DNA of 64,000 nucleotides, from NCBI GenBank assembly GCA_965202585.1, contig OZ241829.1, positions 65,968,001-66,032,000 of the forward strand. The letters are read 5' to 3'. This DNA comes from Thalia democratica. Lineage: Eukaryota. The number at the start of each line of letters is the position of its first letter. Within the stretch, counting starts at the first letter, position 1. Made by a program: the position numbers and the translations under genes. Under the pieces are notes generated by a model. It searched no databases. It had not been told where the DNA came from and was given only the letters and a program-made list of their open reading frames with translations. Shown piece after piece: positions 12,149 through 25,796 of the stretch.

Positions 12149-15100
12149 ATGATGTATTTTTTTATTAAAAATAAAATTTTGACATGTTATTACTTACTTG
12201 TGCTTTGTGTCATGTTATTCTTATCATGTTCAACAGGGAAAATTTCCATATTCAATTTGCGTCCTCACTGCGGGGAAGCGGGTCCGGCTCACCGCCTTGT
12301 GACCGGTTTCGTGCTGGACGAAAACATCAGTACTTCTGTTAAGAAAAGTTTGCCCTGTTTGTATGTATATTGTATAAATTATCAGTGAACTTTCATAAAT
12401 ATTGCTGAATTATACAAATAAAAACAGTTGTGTATTGTTGACATTTTTTTAATTTTCTTTAATGTTAAATATTTTAAAACGATTACTCATCTAAAACATG
12501 TGGATTCATAATCTTTTCATTGGATAAAACTTAATGAAAGTAGTTGCTTCCTTTTGTTAATAAATAATTTAATTTTTGTATTTTACCCTAAAAAGAATTC
12601 AGAGAGAGCTCTTTTTTATTTTTTTTTTATATGAATTTCATTCAGTTATTAAGATTATGTATATTAACCTAATTAAAAACTACATTTATTTTAACAAAAC
12701 ACTAATGCGCATCTATTTTTAAACTTTGTTTTAATTTTTGTTTTTTTAAATTTTTCTATACTTGTTTTTTAGCTAAACGAGGTTGTATAAACAAAGTAAA
12801 ACAAAAAAATTGTGTAATTTCTTATGTAACCAACAAAGTTGTACAAACCGACAAGTAACTAACAACCTTTTTACGTTTCAGTCTGCCAAGGTGTACCGTC
12901 GTTCGACGGAGCAACGACCCACATCGTCCACCAGCGGCAGCCCCAACTGTCCAGTTTCGTCTACGGCGACGTGCTGACGTTTTCCTGCGACGGCCACAAA
13001 CGTTTTCTTCCTTCCAACCCGTCGCTGACTTGCCAGGAAAACGGAAGGTGGGGACCCGACACGCTGATTGGCTGCGTTGAAGGTAAGAAAAAATCCCCAA
13101 AAGTATGAGTACAATCTAATTTGACTTTTTTTTTACAGATGACGTGTGCCCGTCTCCACCGCAAATCGCCTTTTCCTCGCACCACGACTACTACAGGCCT
13201 CCGACTCCGGCAAACTCTACCGACTCGATGTGGCTTCCGGAAACGATCCTGCATTACGAATGCAGCGATCAGTACCCGATAACCGTTCCCGACGACTTCT
13301 TCGGGGCGAAATGCACCAGCAGCGGCGCGTGGGTGGGCGCGTATGGAAAATACCATCCTTCGCATGAAAAACCTCACGATATTAAAATGAACGACAAGAA
13401 GTTCAAGGAAAAGTTTGGAAAATGCGTCACTGGTATTTTTAATTTTTAATGTTTAGTCAACCTTTTTGTGTTTATAATTCACTTGAAGTAAGCTAGTAGC
13501 AGTTTATAGTTTTTTAGTTAGAAATTACGTTCGAAAAGGTACATGATGTCAATTTCAAGTTATTTTGATTTAAAAACTAAACTGCTACCACCAGTATCTT
13601 TGAAATATGTTGTTCCTAGGTTAACAATTACCACTTCTAATTAAGTTTTTAGCAAGCCTTTATGTTTCCAATTTTAGTTTGTTAAAACTTTTTTTTTACA
13701 ATTGTCTATATTGACCCATGTACGACTCTGTTCTCGGCATGCTTTTTAGAAATTGCGTGGGATTTTTAAAAGGTTTATAAAATAAATTTATTTTAAAAAT
13801 GCAAAATTTATTTCAGAGTGTGAGTTTCCCGATCCACATAACTCAATAAAAACTGTGCTAAAATATCTTGAAGTCAATGCGTCATACTCCATACCTTCAG
13901 TCGTCAGGTACACCTGTAACGAGGGTTACCATTGGACGCGGGTGGCAGTTGTGAGCTGTCGCCACCAAGATATTCAAGATAAAGGTCCTTTCGGAAGATT
14001 AAACACGCTGCTTGGATTCTGTGCACCCGGTTAGCTTCTTTTAGTTTCAAAGATAAATTTTTGTAAACAAATTACAAAACAACTGAATGTTTTAAATTAA
14101 CAACCGTAAGTATTTATCTTTTCTGTTTTTTAATATGTCGAATAATTTAGTTTTGTTAAAGCCTTTCAGCGCAAAGTATTGCTACTGAAGTTTGTACATA
14201 AGTTTAAGGTAAAATAAAAAATTACTAATAACTTTTAGCTTGCCCGCCACTCCCATTTTTAATACGAAACGGGGTTAAGCGAGTTATTAGGCAACCGAAT
14301 CGAAGGAGCTTGGTTTCCTTCTCGACAACCATACACTACTTTTGCAACCAAGGATTCACTCCGACTTTTGTAAACAGCCGATACAGTTGCAACTACGCTG
14401 GGAGCTGGCAAAATTCAGAGCTGAACCCTAGGTGTTTGAGGCGTAAGTTGTAACAATATTGATAAGTGTTTGTTTATCAGTCCACCTACTATTTGACTTT
14501 AAGGCTGCCCTAACCTGCAAAACGATCCGTACGGAAGTCTTGAAGCATCTGTACAAGCTCGGACTAATTTCTATCTGGCCGGTGACCGAGTTGAACTAAG
14601 CTGTGATGATGACTACGTGTTGAGCTCAGACTTAACAGCTTCAAGTACAACTTTGTCCTGCCTGTCAAACGGAAGGTGGAATTACGAAAAAATACCGGTT
14701 TGTATTAAAAGTGAGTTACGCTAATCAAAAACTTTTATTCTTATTCTGTTGAACTTTCATTTATGTAAGAAAAAAATTTAAGACGTTCTTTTATTTTGAC
14801 ACCTACACTTGTTTCAGAAGTTTTTAAGCACTAAAATTAGTGACCTAACAAGTTTAGTTGATTCGTTTTTTCATTAGTTTAAATGCATTTAAACTAATTT
14901 ATTAACTTAATTTTATCTACAATATACTTCTTTTCTACTCAATTTGTTTATTTTAAGGATGTGACGACCCTCCTCGAGGCGACTTTCTAAATTCCACGAT
15001 AAAGTTCAGTCACGCGCAAGGAGAATACTGGTCGTACACCGTAGTGGAGTACGTATGCAAGGAAAAACACACTTTTAAATATCCCGATGAGGACGGGACT

Positions 15101-18100
15101 CGCACTTGTGAAGGAGACGCAAACTGGAGCGATGACTCCCCTCCTGAGTGTGCTCCCGGTTAATAAATGATGAAAATATTATCACTATCCCAACAAATAC
15201 TTTTAGTTATATTTTAATCTGTGTGTAAGAAATAACAAATAAACTACACTTAACAGAATGTGAAACTCCTCCAGCCGTTGAAGGCTCAACAATTAATATT
15301 TTAAACGACTCATTTATTGAATACGAATGTTTAGACGGTTATCACATTGACAACGAGTCGAACAGCGTTTTCGAGTGCAGGCTCGGTCCTGTTTGGTTTC
15401 CCTTGGAAACTCCTGTCTGTCTAAAAGGTAAATAAATACCAGTTTTTACTGCAAACTGTTTGTTAGACAAATTTCAAGCGTCTAAAAAGATCCTCTCAGG
15501 CTCAAATCAATTTCCTACTCTAAAATTTTTTAACGGACTATTTTTAAGTGTCTTGAAATGTTATCAAATTTATTACGAGTTTATCTTTTCTAGAATGCAA
15601 CAGCATACCCGTGTACGATAAAACGTTGCCCGCTGTTGTTACAAAGAATGTTTCAAGGGAGGGCAAGCTTATAACCGGATCATCGTTGAATTTCAGCTGT
15701 CAACCAAACTACGGCCTGATCAACTCGATATCGAGTTGTGGCCTCGACGGCAGATGGACGCCCGAGATCACGTGTGTTCGAGGTATGTATATTTGCACGT
15801 GAAAAAATAAATTAAAAACAACTCATTTTTTTGTTTTTAAAGATTGCGGGAATCCAGACGAGATCGACAACGGATCTTTCCTGGTCAACGAAGAGTCGGA
15901 TGAGTATCCTGAAGGTGAAGAGGAACTGTACAGCAGCAAGTATCCGCACCAGGTGACTTATTCTTGCAACCCGTTTCACTCGACGGTTCCCGGAAGCGAG
16001 ATGGTGTTGAAATGCTCGAATACCAGCTTCACGTTTGAACCTGAGTTGCCGGTCTGCTTGCCAGGTGACCAAGTCGTATACAAATGTTTAAGCTCATGAT
16101 TTGTACTAAATTTTATTAAAAGTTTTAATCGGTTTTTTAAAGTTTTAATGTTTCAATTTATTTTAAAACCACAGAGTGTTCAACCCCGCCAACCAACAAT
16201 TATTCCACGTTTGATTTTTTCATGAGCACTCACCGTGTCTACCTACCGCCGAACAGAATAAAGTACACTTGCGAAGCCGGCTACAGAACTTTGCCTTCAG
16301 GTCTCAGCGTGCTGCAGTGCGGTGATGACGGGGAATGGACATTTGATGATTTCAAAAGCTGCTACACTGGTTAGATTGTTGACTAGGTTTATTTTGATGG
16401 CTTAAAAGTTGAAGTAAAACGGTCAGTTAAAAATATTGCTTAAGTAGTTATAGTATATTTTTATTCTACTAAAAGGTGATTACAAAACTTAATATTATAC
16501 TGCTTTAGTAATAATAAAAACATTTTTAAACAACGTTTTTGTAATTGGAACTATAAAAGATTACTTTAATTACATTGCGTTTTAAAAAAGTATATTTCTA
16601 AAAGCTTTAATACGTCATTCACAATACTTTGAGCAGAGTGTAAACTTTTTTCATAAGTTTTTATATTTAAATAATACTAAACAAATTTAAAACAGTTAAG
16701 CAAAAATTACGGAAAAAATATACAAATACTAATTAAAGTACATTAGTATAACTTTTTCCACAACTTTAATAGAAACAGAATGCAATTCTGCGCCCCCACA
16801 ATTAGACAATGCAACTCAGCATTTCAAATGGCAGTATGAAGGGGTGCATCTTCCAGGCACGCAAGTCAATTATGTTTGCCAGAACGGCTTCATCATGGCC
16901 CCGCAGTTTTTCCAGGGATTTGAATGCAGCGAAAATTCGTTAGAATACGACATTCCTCTCACAACCAGAGAGTCGTTTACTTCTGGTGCTTGCTATCCGG
17001 GTTAGGTTTCAGAATATATATATATTAATTAAAACTTCTTTTTTGCTTTTTTATTTTGTTTTTAAGTTTTTTCCCATTTTGAATTAACAAAATTAACTGG
17101 AAATCTTCAGACTGTGGCGACTGGCCAGACATCCCGAATGGCAAACGGTTCACTGCGGATTCACAGTTTCTATCGGACTTGGTAGGAGAAAGACACGTTT
17201 TGATAATTTCATCCAACTATTTGTGCAACACAGGATATCTTTACACGAGCGCAAATAGCCTTGTAACATGCACTGATTCCTCAAAACCACTAGATGTTAA
17301 AAGTTGCTCTAGAGGTAATATTTTGTTTATAACTATTTACGAACAAAAACATAAAGGTAACTAAAATTAAAAAAATAATATTTAAAAATCTAAACAAAGT
17401 TGAAAAGTGTATGTATTCCAGAATGTAAAAGTTTGCCAATTACAAGTATGGACTTTGCAACCGTCGAATATTACAAAAGGCCAAGGACAGATATTAATGT
17501 GGGAGGAACAGAATTCAGATTTGTTTGCGACCAAGGGTACTTCCTCGTGGACCGTCCTGGCTCGTTGCGTGTGAGCTGTGAAAAGCTACGCGACGGTTTT
17601 CAAGAAGATCTAGGAATATGCGGAGTCATTGGTTTCAGGTGTGATCTTAATGGTATCTGGCACTCTTTGGAAAGATCGCGCTGCATTACAAGTAAATTTA
17701 ACGTACCACTTTGAATTAAACACTAGTATTTTTTGCATCAAACTAATTGGCATGTTTAGTAGTTGAGTGAAACGTGTTTAATGAATTTAATTTAGGTTGT
17801 CTGACACCACCAAGCGACGATTTGGCAACTTGGAAAATTACCAGCACATATTGGGAAGGAAGACTGTTCACCGACACGGTTGTAGAGTACACTTGTCCTG
17901 AAACCCACACGCTGACCAACTTCACTGATTCAACTCGTATATGTGGAAGAGACGGAAGTTGGAGCGATCCTGTTGCACCCAGCTGTATCCCTAGTAATAT
18001 TCGTTATTATTTTTAGTGAACTCTAGTTTCCAGAGCTTATAGTTTTACCTCATTAAATACTTTTAAAGTAACGTGTTACAATACACATAAAACTATTTTT

Positions 18101-21100
18101 CTTAGCTGTTAAATCTCACGTACGATGAAAATAAAAGTTTATGAACACTTTGGACACGCTACCAAAGTAAATTCTAAGGAGTGATAAAGCTAACGTGTAC
18201 TAAGTAATGATAATTATTGAGTATTTAATTTTCAGTTTTAAACCTTTATACTATCAATACTTCTTATGACAATCACTTCTGCATTAAAACATACATATGG
18301 GAAATCAACTACTTTTTTTTGTAAAACTTACTAATTTACGCAGCTTAATGAGTTTAAGGACGTCTGCTTAAGTTTTGTGTTCAATTTAGCTAACTTTAAG
18401 TCTTTTGCATAAAAATTTGGCTTTTAGATGGAAGACAATATATCAAAAAAACTTAATTACTGTTTACAAAAAGTTTGCCTTCTTTGGCAACAAATATAAC
18501 TGTACCAAATATTGATTAGTTATAAAAGTTTTGAAAATTTCAACAAATTTCAGTTTGCGAACTGTTGCCAACTTCCATCGAGAACGGTCAATTCCACCAG
18601 TTGACCGATCAGCATGCCAGCATGAAAGATGTAGAAGGAACAAGGAAGAGTTACGTTTGCGACGAAGGCTACCACCTGCTCATATCCTCTTACTTTCCAG
18701 CTTCTTTTACATTCCACTGCAACCAACAAGTACCTCCGAATGCTGTGCAGTGGAATGAAGTCAGTTCTGGGAGCCAAGTGGCAAAACCGTTGTGCATTAA
18801 AAGTTGGTGTTTTTTTATTAAACGTTGTATATGAAAAGCAATATACGCCTTATTGATAAAAAATTTTCAGGAAAATGTAAAGCGTATCAAATAATAACGG
18901 ATGCTCATTCGTACGATGAGGCAGTTGAAAGGTGCGACAATTTATCTGCAGACCTTCTTGGACCAACCCTTGACGATGTAGATTATGAAAAGTTTGTTTT
19001 AAAACACTTTGCTAACCCTACTACTTTTCTAGTTACGTTTTATAAAAAGAAAAAATTGCATTCAAAACGGTGATTGTTTATTTTCTATAACATTAAAAAT
19101 GTAAACTTATACAACAGGTATTTGAAGGCTATAACTCAGCACATGAGTGATGAAAACTTCGAGTACACTTACATCTACGGAAAGCCAGAATTGATCGACA
19201 CCTTTTTAAACTGGTGTTCAGGCTTCCCAAAACCTTCCGCCTCTTCGATCTGCTATTTCATCCGCACAAACGGCTTCTGCGTTGTTAATTTAGACTGTGA
19301 AAGCAAACGGCCGATTGTATTCGAAGTTGACCGCTTCGAGCTTAGGCCAAGAGAAGAGTCAAACTCATACCAGTTTGCCGACGATGCTTGCAGATCGGTA
19401 GAAGGTACCCTGATGTCTACGACTTTTTTCATCCCTGCTTATATGCCGTAAGTACTTTAGAGAAGTTATCTTTGTTTTTCTTGTTATTTGCATTGACAAA
19501 TTTCGGTACTTGAATAGTGGAAAACGGTAAGTTAAAACATTTTCAAACTGAAATGTTTATTTTTATTAAAGTTCACCTGAGTTGACAAGTCGAGCAAAAA
19601 TAATAATAAGCCGTATTTTGAAAATAGTTATATGAACATCTTTAAAATTTTACCACATTCATAGAGAACAATAATAAAAAACAAGGGTTTATGTTGTCAC
19701 AAAAACATTTTCTCAGGTCAAAATAGTTTTGCTAAACTTTTAAAAACCATACAAATAACTAATTTCTAGAGGTAACATTAAGCACTTAAAATCTACATGT
19801 ATTATACTATACCCAAATTACAGTCGAATAAAGAAGATCATAGACACATTACCAGGAAGCAAGATGTGGACTGGTTTGCAGCGGCCCGGGTCCGATTATT
19901 CCGCAAACGACTTCGTCACCCTGCCCGACGGTAAAAGAATTCTGATATCTCAAATATCGCAGTTCTGCCGGCGCGTGGACTACAACCGAGATCGCGGCTG
20001 TTTGAGCGACTTCGGGTGCTACCAATCCTACCAGGCTTCAATCTGCGAAATTGCCGTCTGCTCAGCTCGAGACGCCAAAGTGCCAAATCTTCCTTACACG
20101 AGATGCAGCAGAGGAAGCTGGTACGTTTCAGCTGACAGATCAGAACGACTTGTCTGTTACGCAGGTACAACAACTGTTTCAAATATCGTTTTAGTATTTT
20201 TTACTATCAATTTTGATTCTTCAGATGTTCAGCATTTGTTATCAGACTTGTATACTACAGTAGAATTATTTTAAGACTAAAAAACATGTTACTATGTAAA
20301 TTTTTCTATATCGTTTTTCAACTTAATGTTTTTTAATTTCCGAAATTACTTAAATGACAACTTATAATTTTTTATAATTTAGTACAATTTAGTAAATATA
20401 TACACGTTTTCGTAAGTTAATTAGGATAAAAGTAAAGTTAAAAGTTGCTTAAAGCTCTCATGAGTTCATTCGTGAGTTTAAAACTTATAAAATATATTCA
20501 AATAGATAAGTATTGCTACCTAAGCTAAAATAAAAGTCAAACTGAATTAAGACTCAAGTAACAAATTATATGAGTTTTGTCTACAATTATTTGTAATTGG
20601 ATTATAAATGCAAGAAAAATAAGTACCGTTTTGAACTAAAATTATAATAACAGTAAAATAAGTGTATTTGCCACAAGCTCATATCAAGTGCTTTATATAA
20701 GCAGTTAAAAGCTTATGATAAAAATTACGCACAAATTCTGCTTGGCTTTTTTGAATAAAGACTTTAAGCATGTAGCATTCTGTTTGTACATTTGTAGACA
20801 AACTACTTATCTAAAAAGAGATGAACTGATCCTTCTCTATATACAATTCATCAACGACATTACTTTATAAAACAGGATTTGACATCAAACTGACAACGGA
20901 AAAAGGAAGTTGGGAAGAAACAAGAGACATGTGCGAAGATATGGGAGGTCAACTGGTCCACAACACTTTGAAGAGATACGTTGGAAGACTTCGTACATCG
21001 TATAAGGAGTAAGTAGCTAAAGAATTTACTCAAGTTAAGTTGTGTATTGCTACTGAGCAAGTGTAATGAACAAGTTTTTAAAATTTGGTATTATCCATTC

Positions 21101-21565
21101 AAGCTCATTAGATTGATTATTTTTATAAATCTTTTGATAAAACGTGTTTTGGACGTGGAATAAAACATGACACTTTAAATTTTTTTTTACCATTTCAAAA
21201 TCTCATTGAGCATAAGTTTTTTCTACATTAATAAAATCTTAAATTAAATATTGAAAAATAAAAATTTTGAAATTTTTCACTTATTCAGTTTGGTGGAAGA
21301 AGCGATTGACAGCAACGATGTTTGGATCGGATGCCAGCGGGCCAAGGACAAAACTTTGAACAGCGAGTTCCAACTGTTGAACGGCGAATATTTGTTCGCT
21401 TCCCGCGCAAACCCGTTTGAACAGCTGCTCTACTATTGGTCGGCTTCAGTGCCACGTGACACCGAACTCGATCAAGCCGTTGTCATAAGGCACGAGAAAA
21501 AAGCGCTCGAAAACTTGCCCAAGTCACAAGAACTTTACGGGCTTTGTGAAATTGGACATTATTGA
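12149..21565 (+). CDS. Secreted multi-sushi (15 CCP/SCR) plus 3 C-type-lectin-like domain protein, 21 exons, ~1540 aa
   Basis: Exons read by hand, all GT-AG and phase-consistent: 12149-12329 (signal peptide), 12882-13082, 13139-13432, 13817-14029, 14239-14442, 14504-14710, 14958-15158, 15257-15427, 15594-15782, 15843-16064, 16175-16369, 16779-17000, 17111-17314, 17422-17691, 17796-17993, 18554-18802 (15 phase 1-1 exons, each with a C-P...C...C..W...C type pattern), then 18871-18991, 19118-19447, 19824-20164, 20876-21008, 21289-21565 (CTL-like: YDEAVERC, MWTGLQR, WEETRDMCEDMGGQL, VWIGCQR, LCEI). Total 4623 nt = 1541 codons, no internal stop, no TM segment. The exon 1 donor (gtactt) is the weakest call. 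Confidence 0.9.
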
Positions 21566-24500
21566 TTTATTCTGTTTTTATTTTTTCTATAAGTTAGTTT
21601 TTTCTATAAAATTCAAACTTGTATCAAATGATTTCTTCTAAAATTGTATAAGATTTAAATTTTAAATTTAGATTTTATAACGATATTTATCGTTTATATT
21701 TTGTCTAGTAGTATGTTTGATATATTAAGATATGGATAATTCAACAAATTAGAAATATTCTGTTTTATTATATTTCAATTTTATTAAGCTTTGCATTTTG
21801 TTAAACTCCCAAAAACTAAATTTTATTTGTCAAACTTTCAAGTATTGGATTATAACAATTTTATAATTGTGTACTTTGAAAAGTTTCACTTGAAACAAAA
21901 GTTGTTTTTTTACTTCGTTGTTTACTTATTATATTTTAGTTTTAAAGGTTTGATTTATAATACTAAAGTTTTGGAGTGTATAAAGCAAAATTATATTTTT
22001 TAAATAATCATAAGTATTTCAAGTTTCTAATATAAACTATAAGCAAATATAAGACTTAAAATAGTTTTCTTAAGGACGCTACAGTTTAAAATAAAAAAGA
22101 CTATTTTTTATAATCAAATTTACCCAAGGTAAGTATTAAATTTTAATATATGTTTCTTAACATTTTTAAGCTACTTAAAAATGTAGCAGTAAGTAAAGTT
22201 TTTGTCTTAGAAAAACAAAAAAGACCTTGTGAGTAATTTTTGTGATAGTTTGTTTTAACTACGACTTAGCATGTTTAAAAATATCACGAAGCAGCAAATA
22301 ATAAATGTAATGAATAAAAACATAACAAATTAATTGATCTTTTAGGTCAAAAAAAAGCTATACTGTTTTCTTTAGTCTTAATAAAAAGTGTAATATGTAA
22401 AAAAGCAAAAAAAAAACTTAAGACTTTTTTAAATTGAATAAAAAATAAAAGTTTCTCTAAATTTATTCGAAACGTTTTGAACTTTATAAATAATAGAAGA
22501 GTAGAAAAATAAGTTGACTTTTAAGATCATGAAATTATTTTTTATTGTTTTGATATAATCGAAACAAAAAACTTATTATCTATAAAGCAAAAATAAACGT
22601 TTAAAATGTTTTTTTAACTTAATACGAACCTTAGGCTCAACTCCTTTATGTTATCTCAAAAATGTGTTTAATTTTATAAAGAATACCCATGTAATAAAAA
22701 TAGATGGGCTCTTATATACAAAAAATGTAGTTTTTGTTTAATCTTAAAACAATTTGTTATACCTATGAAGTTAGATTATTAAGTTTTTTATCTAAACTTT
22801 TTATAAATCATAAGCTCAATTAAGTTTTTTTGAAACGTGTTTATTTTTATAAATATTATCAATTAAAAAATAGTTGAACTTTAGGTCACAAAGTTTTTTT
22901 TGATTACTCTATCTAAAAAAATTTGGTACTGAAAAACCAAGAAGTTTGAGCAAGATCTTTTTTGTTAAAATTGAAAAAAGTTATAAGTGTAACAGATTAA
23001 ATTAAAACTGAGTAAAAGTTAAAAAAAAGTTTTCAAAATGCACAAATATCTAAAAGCTTCTCTTTCCCACTATAATAATATTAAAAGTTGTTTATACTCC
23101 ACCAAGTCGAAAACTATTTAAATTTGTTATAAAATCATGTAAACTTTTCCTTTTAAAATATAGTTTTACAAAAAAAATGTTTTTTTATTTTAAGAAAATT
23201 AATATATCTTTTAAATATTGAAAAATATAAAATACTCGATATGACAACATGCAAGAAAAAAAAAAAATAAATTCATCAATTTTGTTGTCTTCAAAATGTT
23301 GAATTGAATTAACAAAGTCTTAATTAATGTTTAAAAAAAGAAAATTTAAACTTATTTATGAAAATATAAGTAATCAAACTAAATAGTAACGCTAAAAAAA
23401 ATAAGGAATTTTTCTTACTATGACGAAATATACCGATTGAATAAGCAATTAGCAAGGCCTTATAATCGTTCTACATAATGAAAATATGACAAACAATGTT
23501 GTCTGCTGTTTTTTTTTTTTACTTTGAAGTATTTCAAACAACTCATATTGATATTATGAATATTCTTGCGGTACGTTGTAAAAAAGTAGAACGAAAAATA
23601 TAAATTTGTAAAACTTTACATCGGAAAGCTACGAGAATTAGAATATGGTGTATGTCTAGCTTTTAATGATTTAGTTTCTTAAACTTAGATCGTACATCTT
23701 AGAAAATAATTTAGTTAGTGGAACGTCATATACAATGTTTTTTCTAACAAAAATGCCAGCACGGACCAAAAGTTGTTTGATTTCGAAGGAAGAGTTCCAG
23801 AATTAGTTTACTATACCGCCTCAAATCTACTTGAACATAACGTTTTAATAAAAAAAAATGTTTTAGATTTAAAACTCTTTATTTCTGGAAATCTAGCAAT
23901 TCTGCTGGAAAGAATTATTTAAGCTTCCCGCCAAATTCTTGCGATTCAAAACGAATATTTACAATCTAAATACTTTAACAAACGCCGACACGTATTAAGA
24001 AAAAAAAGAATACTGAGGATTAACTAAGAAGTTCATTGTAACTTTTATAATATTCATATACAAACTAGTTTTTAAAAAACGACATATTATTTTTTCGTAA
24101 GATAAAATAGAAAAACGACTTTTAAGATAGTTATTGAAAAAACTTTTATCAAAATATATTTATGAGTTATGTGAAAAAAAAAACATTTATTTTAAGCTTC
24201 TAAGTTTCGAAAAATAACTGTTACATGTTAATTAATGGTTTCAACTGCTGAGCTGATTTTAGTAACAAGTTTAGTTGGGTTACAAGTTGTTGAATATGTT
24301 ATAACATTTTTTTTTATTACAACGATTATTTTCAGGGAAAAAAAAACTTTTCATTAGTTTTTATAATTTCACACTTGAAATTTTATGCTTACTTTGCAAA
24401 TTTTAAGTTGTAACCCAAGACACATTTTACCCAATCTGATTTTTTTCTATAGAAAGTATATTATACTCTTTTTAGTCATTAAAAAACAATAAATTAAAAA

Positions 24501-24981
24501 CCAAAATAAGTGATAGTTTTATAAAACTTATAAGTTTTTTAGTTTATTGAAAACGATACAGAAATTGACATTCGGTAATATAGTCAAGGGAACTGATTTA
24601 TGCTTAAATCTTTAAAAATATCAAAGAATTAAATTAATTAATAAACTCTAAAATTTTTTATACTGTAGATAAATGATTAGAAGAAAATCTACACAAGTGA
24701 CTTGTTGCATTTGCATAAATAATCTGAGTAACTTTTTAACTTTTTTATAACTGTGTTTCTAAAAGTTGGCATAATAGCTTTTAAAAAGTTATTTTACTGT
24801 ATTAGTGCTGATTAAATGTTTTTGTTAAACGTGTTTTAAAAAGAATTTCTTTATTTTTTTTTTGGGTAGATCTCAGCACTTATAACAAAAGAAAAAGTAT
24901 TCAAACTAACAATGTCATAAATATCACTTCATTTCAATTTTAACACAAAACTGTTAAATATTTTTAACAAAATTTATTTTT

Positions 24982-25796
24982 TCACCATTCCTTTATGTTC
25001 TTTTCCGAAGAAACGAATTCACCGTTCGGGGACTCCACCCCGACCGGAAGCGTCGCCAGGTAAACGGGGGCTTCGGCGCCCTGATCGGGCGTCCTCGAGG
25101 CCTTATCCCCGCCCAAGTCCGTCTTCACCCATCCGGGGCACACCGCGTTGATTATGACGTCACTACCCTTTAGCTTCCTGGCCCACACGAAGGTGAGCGC
25201 GGACATGCCGACCTTGGACATTCCGTACGGCTGCTCCACGAACCCGTCTTCCTTGCAAGTCCCCCTCCGGCAGCTCTCGACGAACTCCTCCATCTTCCCC
25301 GTCAGCTCCTCCTCCGTCAGCGTCTCCCTCCTGAAGAACTTTTGGTTCTCCTCGCTCAACTGCTTGAGGTACATGATGCTCAAAGTGCTGGACACGTTGA
25401 CGATCCTGCCACCCCTCCTCACAATAGGAAACAGGATCCTGCTGATGTCGACGGTTCAAGTGTAGTTCGTCCTCACGCAGTCCTCCGCCTTTTTCACTGC
25501 GGCGTCGCGTCGGTCGAGTCGTACGCGATGCCCGCGTTGTTCACGATGACGTCGATGCCCCCGTACTGTGACGTCATGAAGCTTTTGAGCCGCTCGATGC
25601 TCTTGACGTCGCAAACGTCCAATTCGTGGAACTGGGGGTAGAGTCCCTCTCTCTCAAGGGTCTTCACCGCCTCCCTGCCGCGCTGCTCGTTCCTGGACAG
25701 AATGAAGACGTCCCCGTCGAACTTCTGGCACAGCCCCCTGACGATGGCGAGCCCGATGCCCTTGTTGGAACCCGTTACTATGGCAACATTTGTCAT
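24982..25796 (-). pseudogene. CBR1: Intronless carbonyl reductase (NADPH) / SDR, CBR1-like, with a frameshift and a premature stop
   Basis: MTNVAIVTGSNKGIG (TGxxxGxG), DVIVNNAGIA, GRIVNVSS, YGMSK (YxxxK), NAVCPGWVKTDLGG, P.QGAEAPVYLATLP. One base is missing near 25495-25497 (CCG CAG TG- AAA AAG). In-frame TGA at 25458-25456 (TNYT*TV, at a conserved Gly). AATAAA just after the stop (24978-24973). Confidence 0.88.

Larger units (their letters stand above)
1..22242 (+). repeat. Copy 1 of a long direct duplication (period 41,758 bp)
   Basis: Position 1 (taaaacaaatttaaccattata) matches 41759. Every ORF in 7328-22003 recurs with an identical translation at exactly +41,758. Spot-checked homopolymers are also identical. 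Confidence 0.98.

Noticed and set aside
12822-13377. Minus-strand and alternative-frame ORFs over CCP exons 2-3 (and 15812-16072, 18550-18777, 19916-20182)
   Set aside because: Shadow frames of GC-rich coding exons of the plus-strand gene.
23719-23922. 67-codon Met-less open frame after ttag (WNVIYNVFSNKNASTDQKLFDFEGRVPELVYY...)
   Set aside because: No recognisable homology, partner exons or start; could occur by chance.
25456-25497. Programmed -1 frameshift plus UGA readthrough/selenocysteine rescuing the CBR gene
   Set aside because: There is no slippery heptamer before the shift, the UGA replaces a conserved Gly by one substitution, and I see no SECIS in the AT-rich 3' flank. Mutation or sequencing error is simpler.
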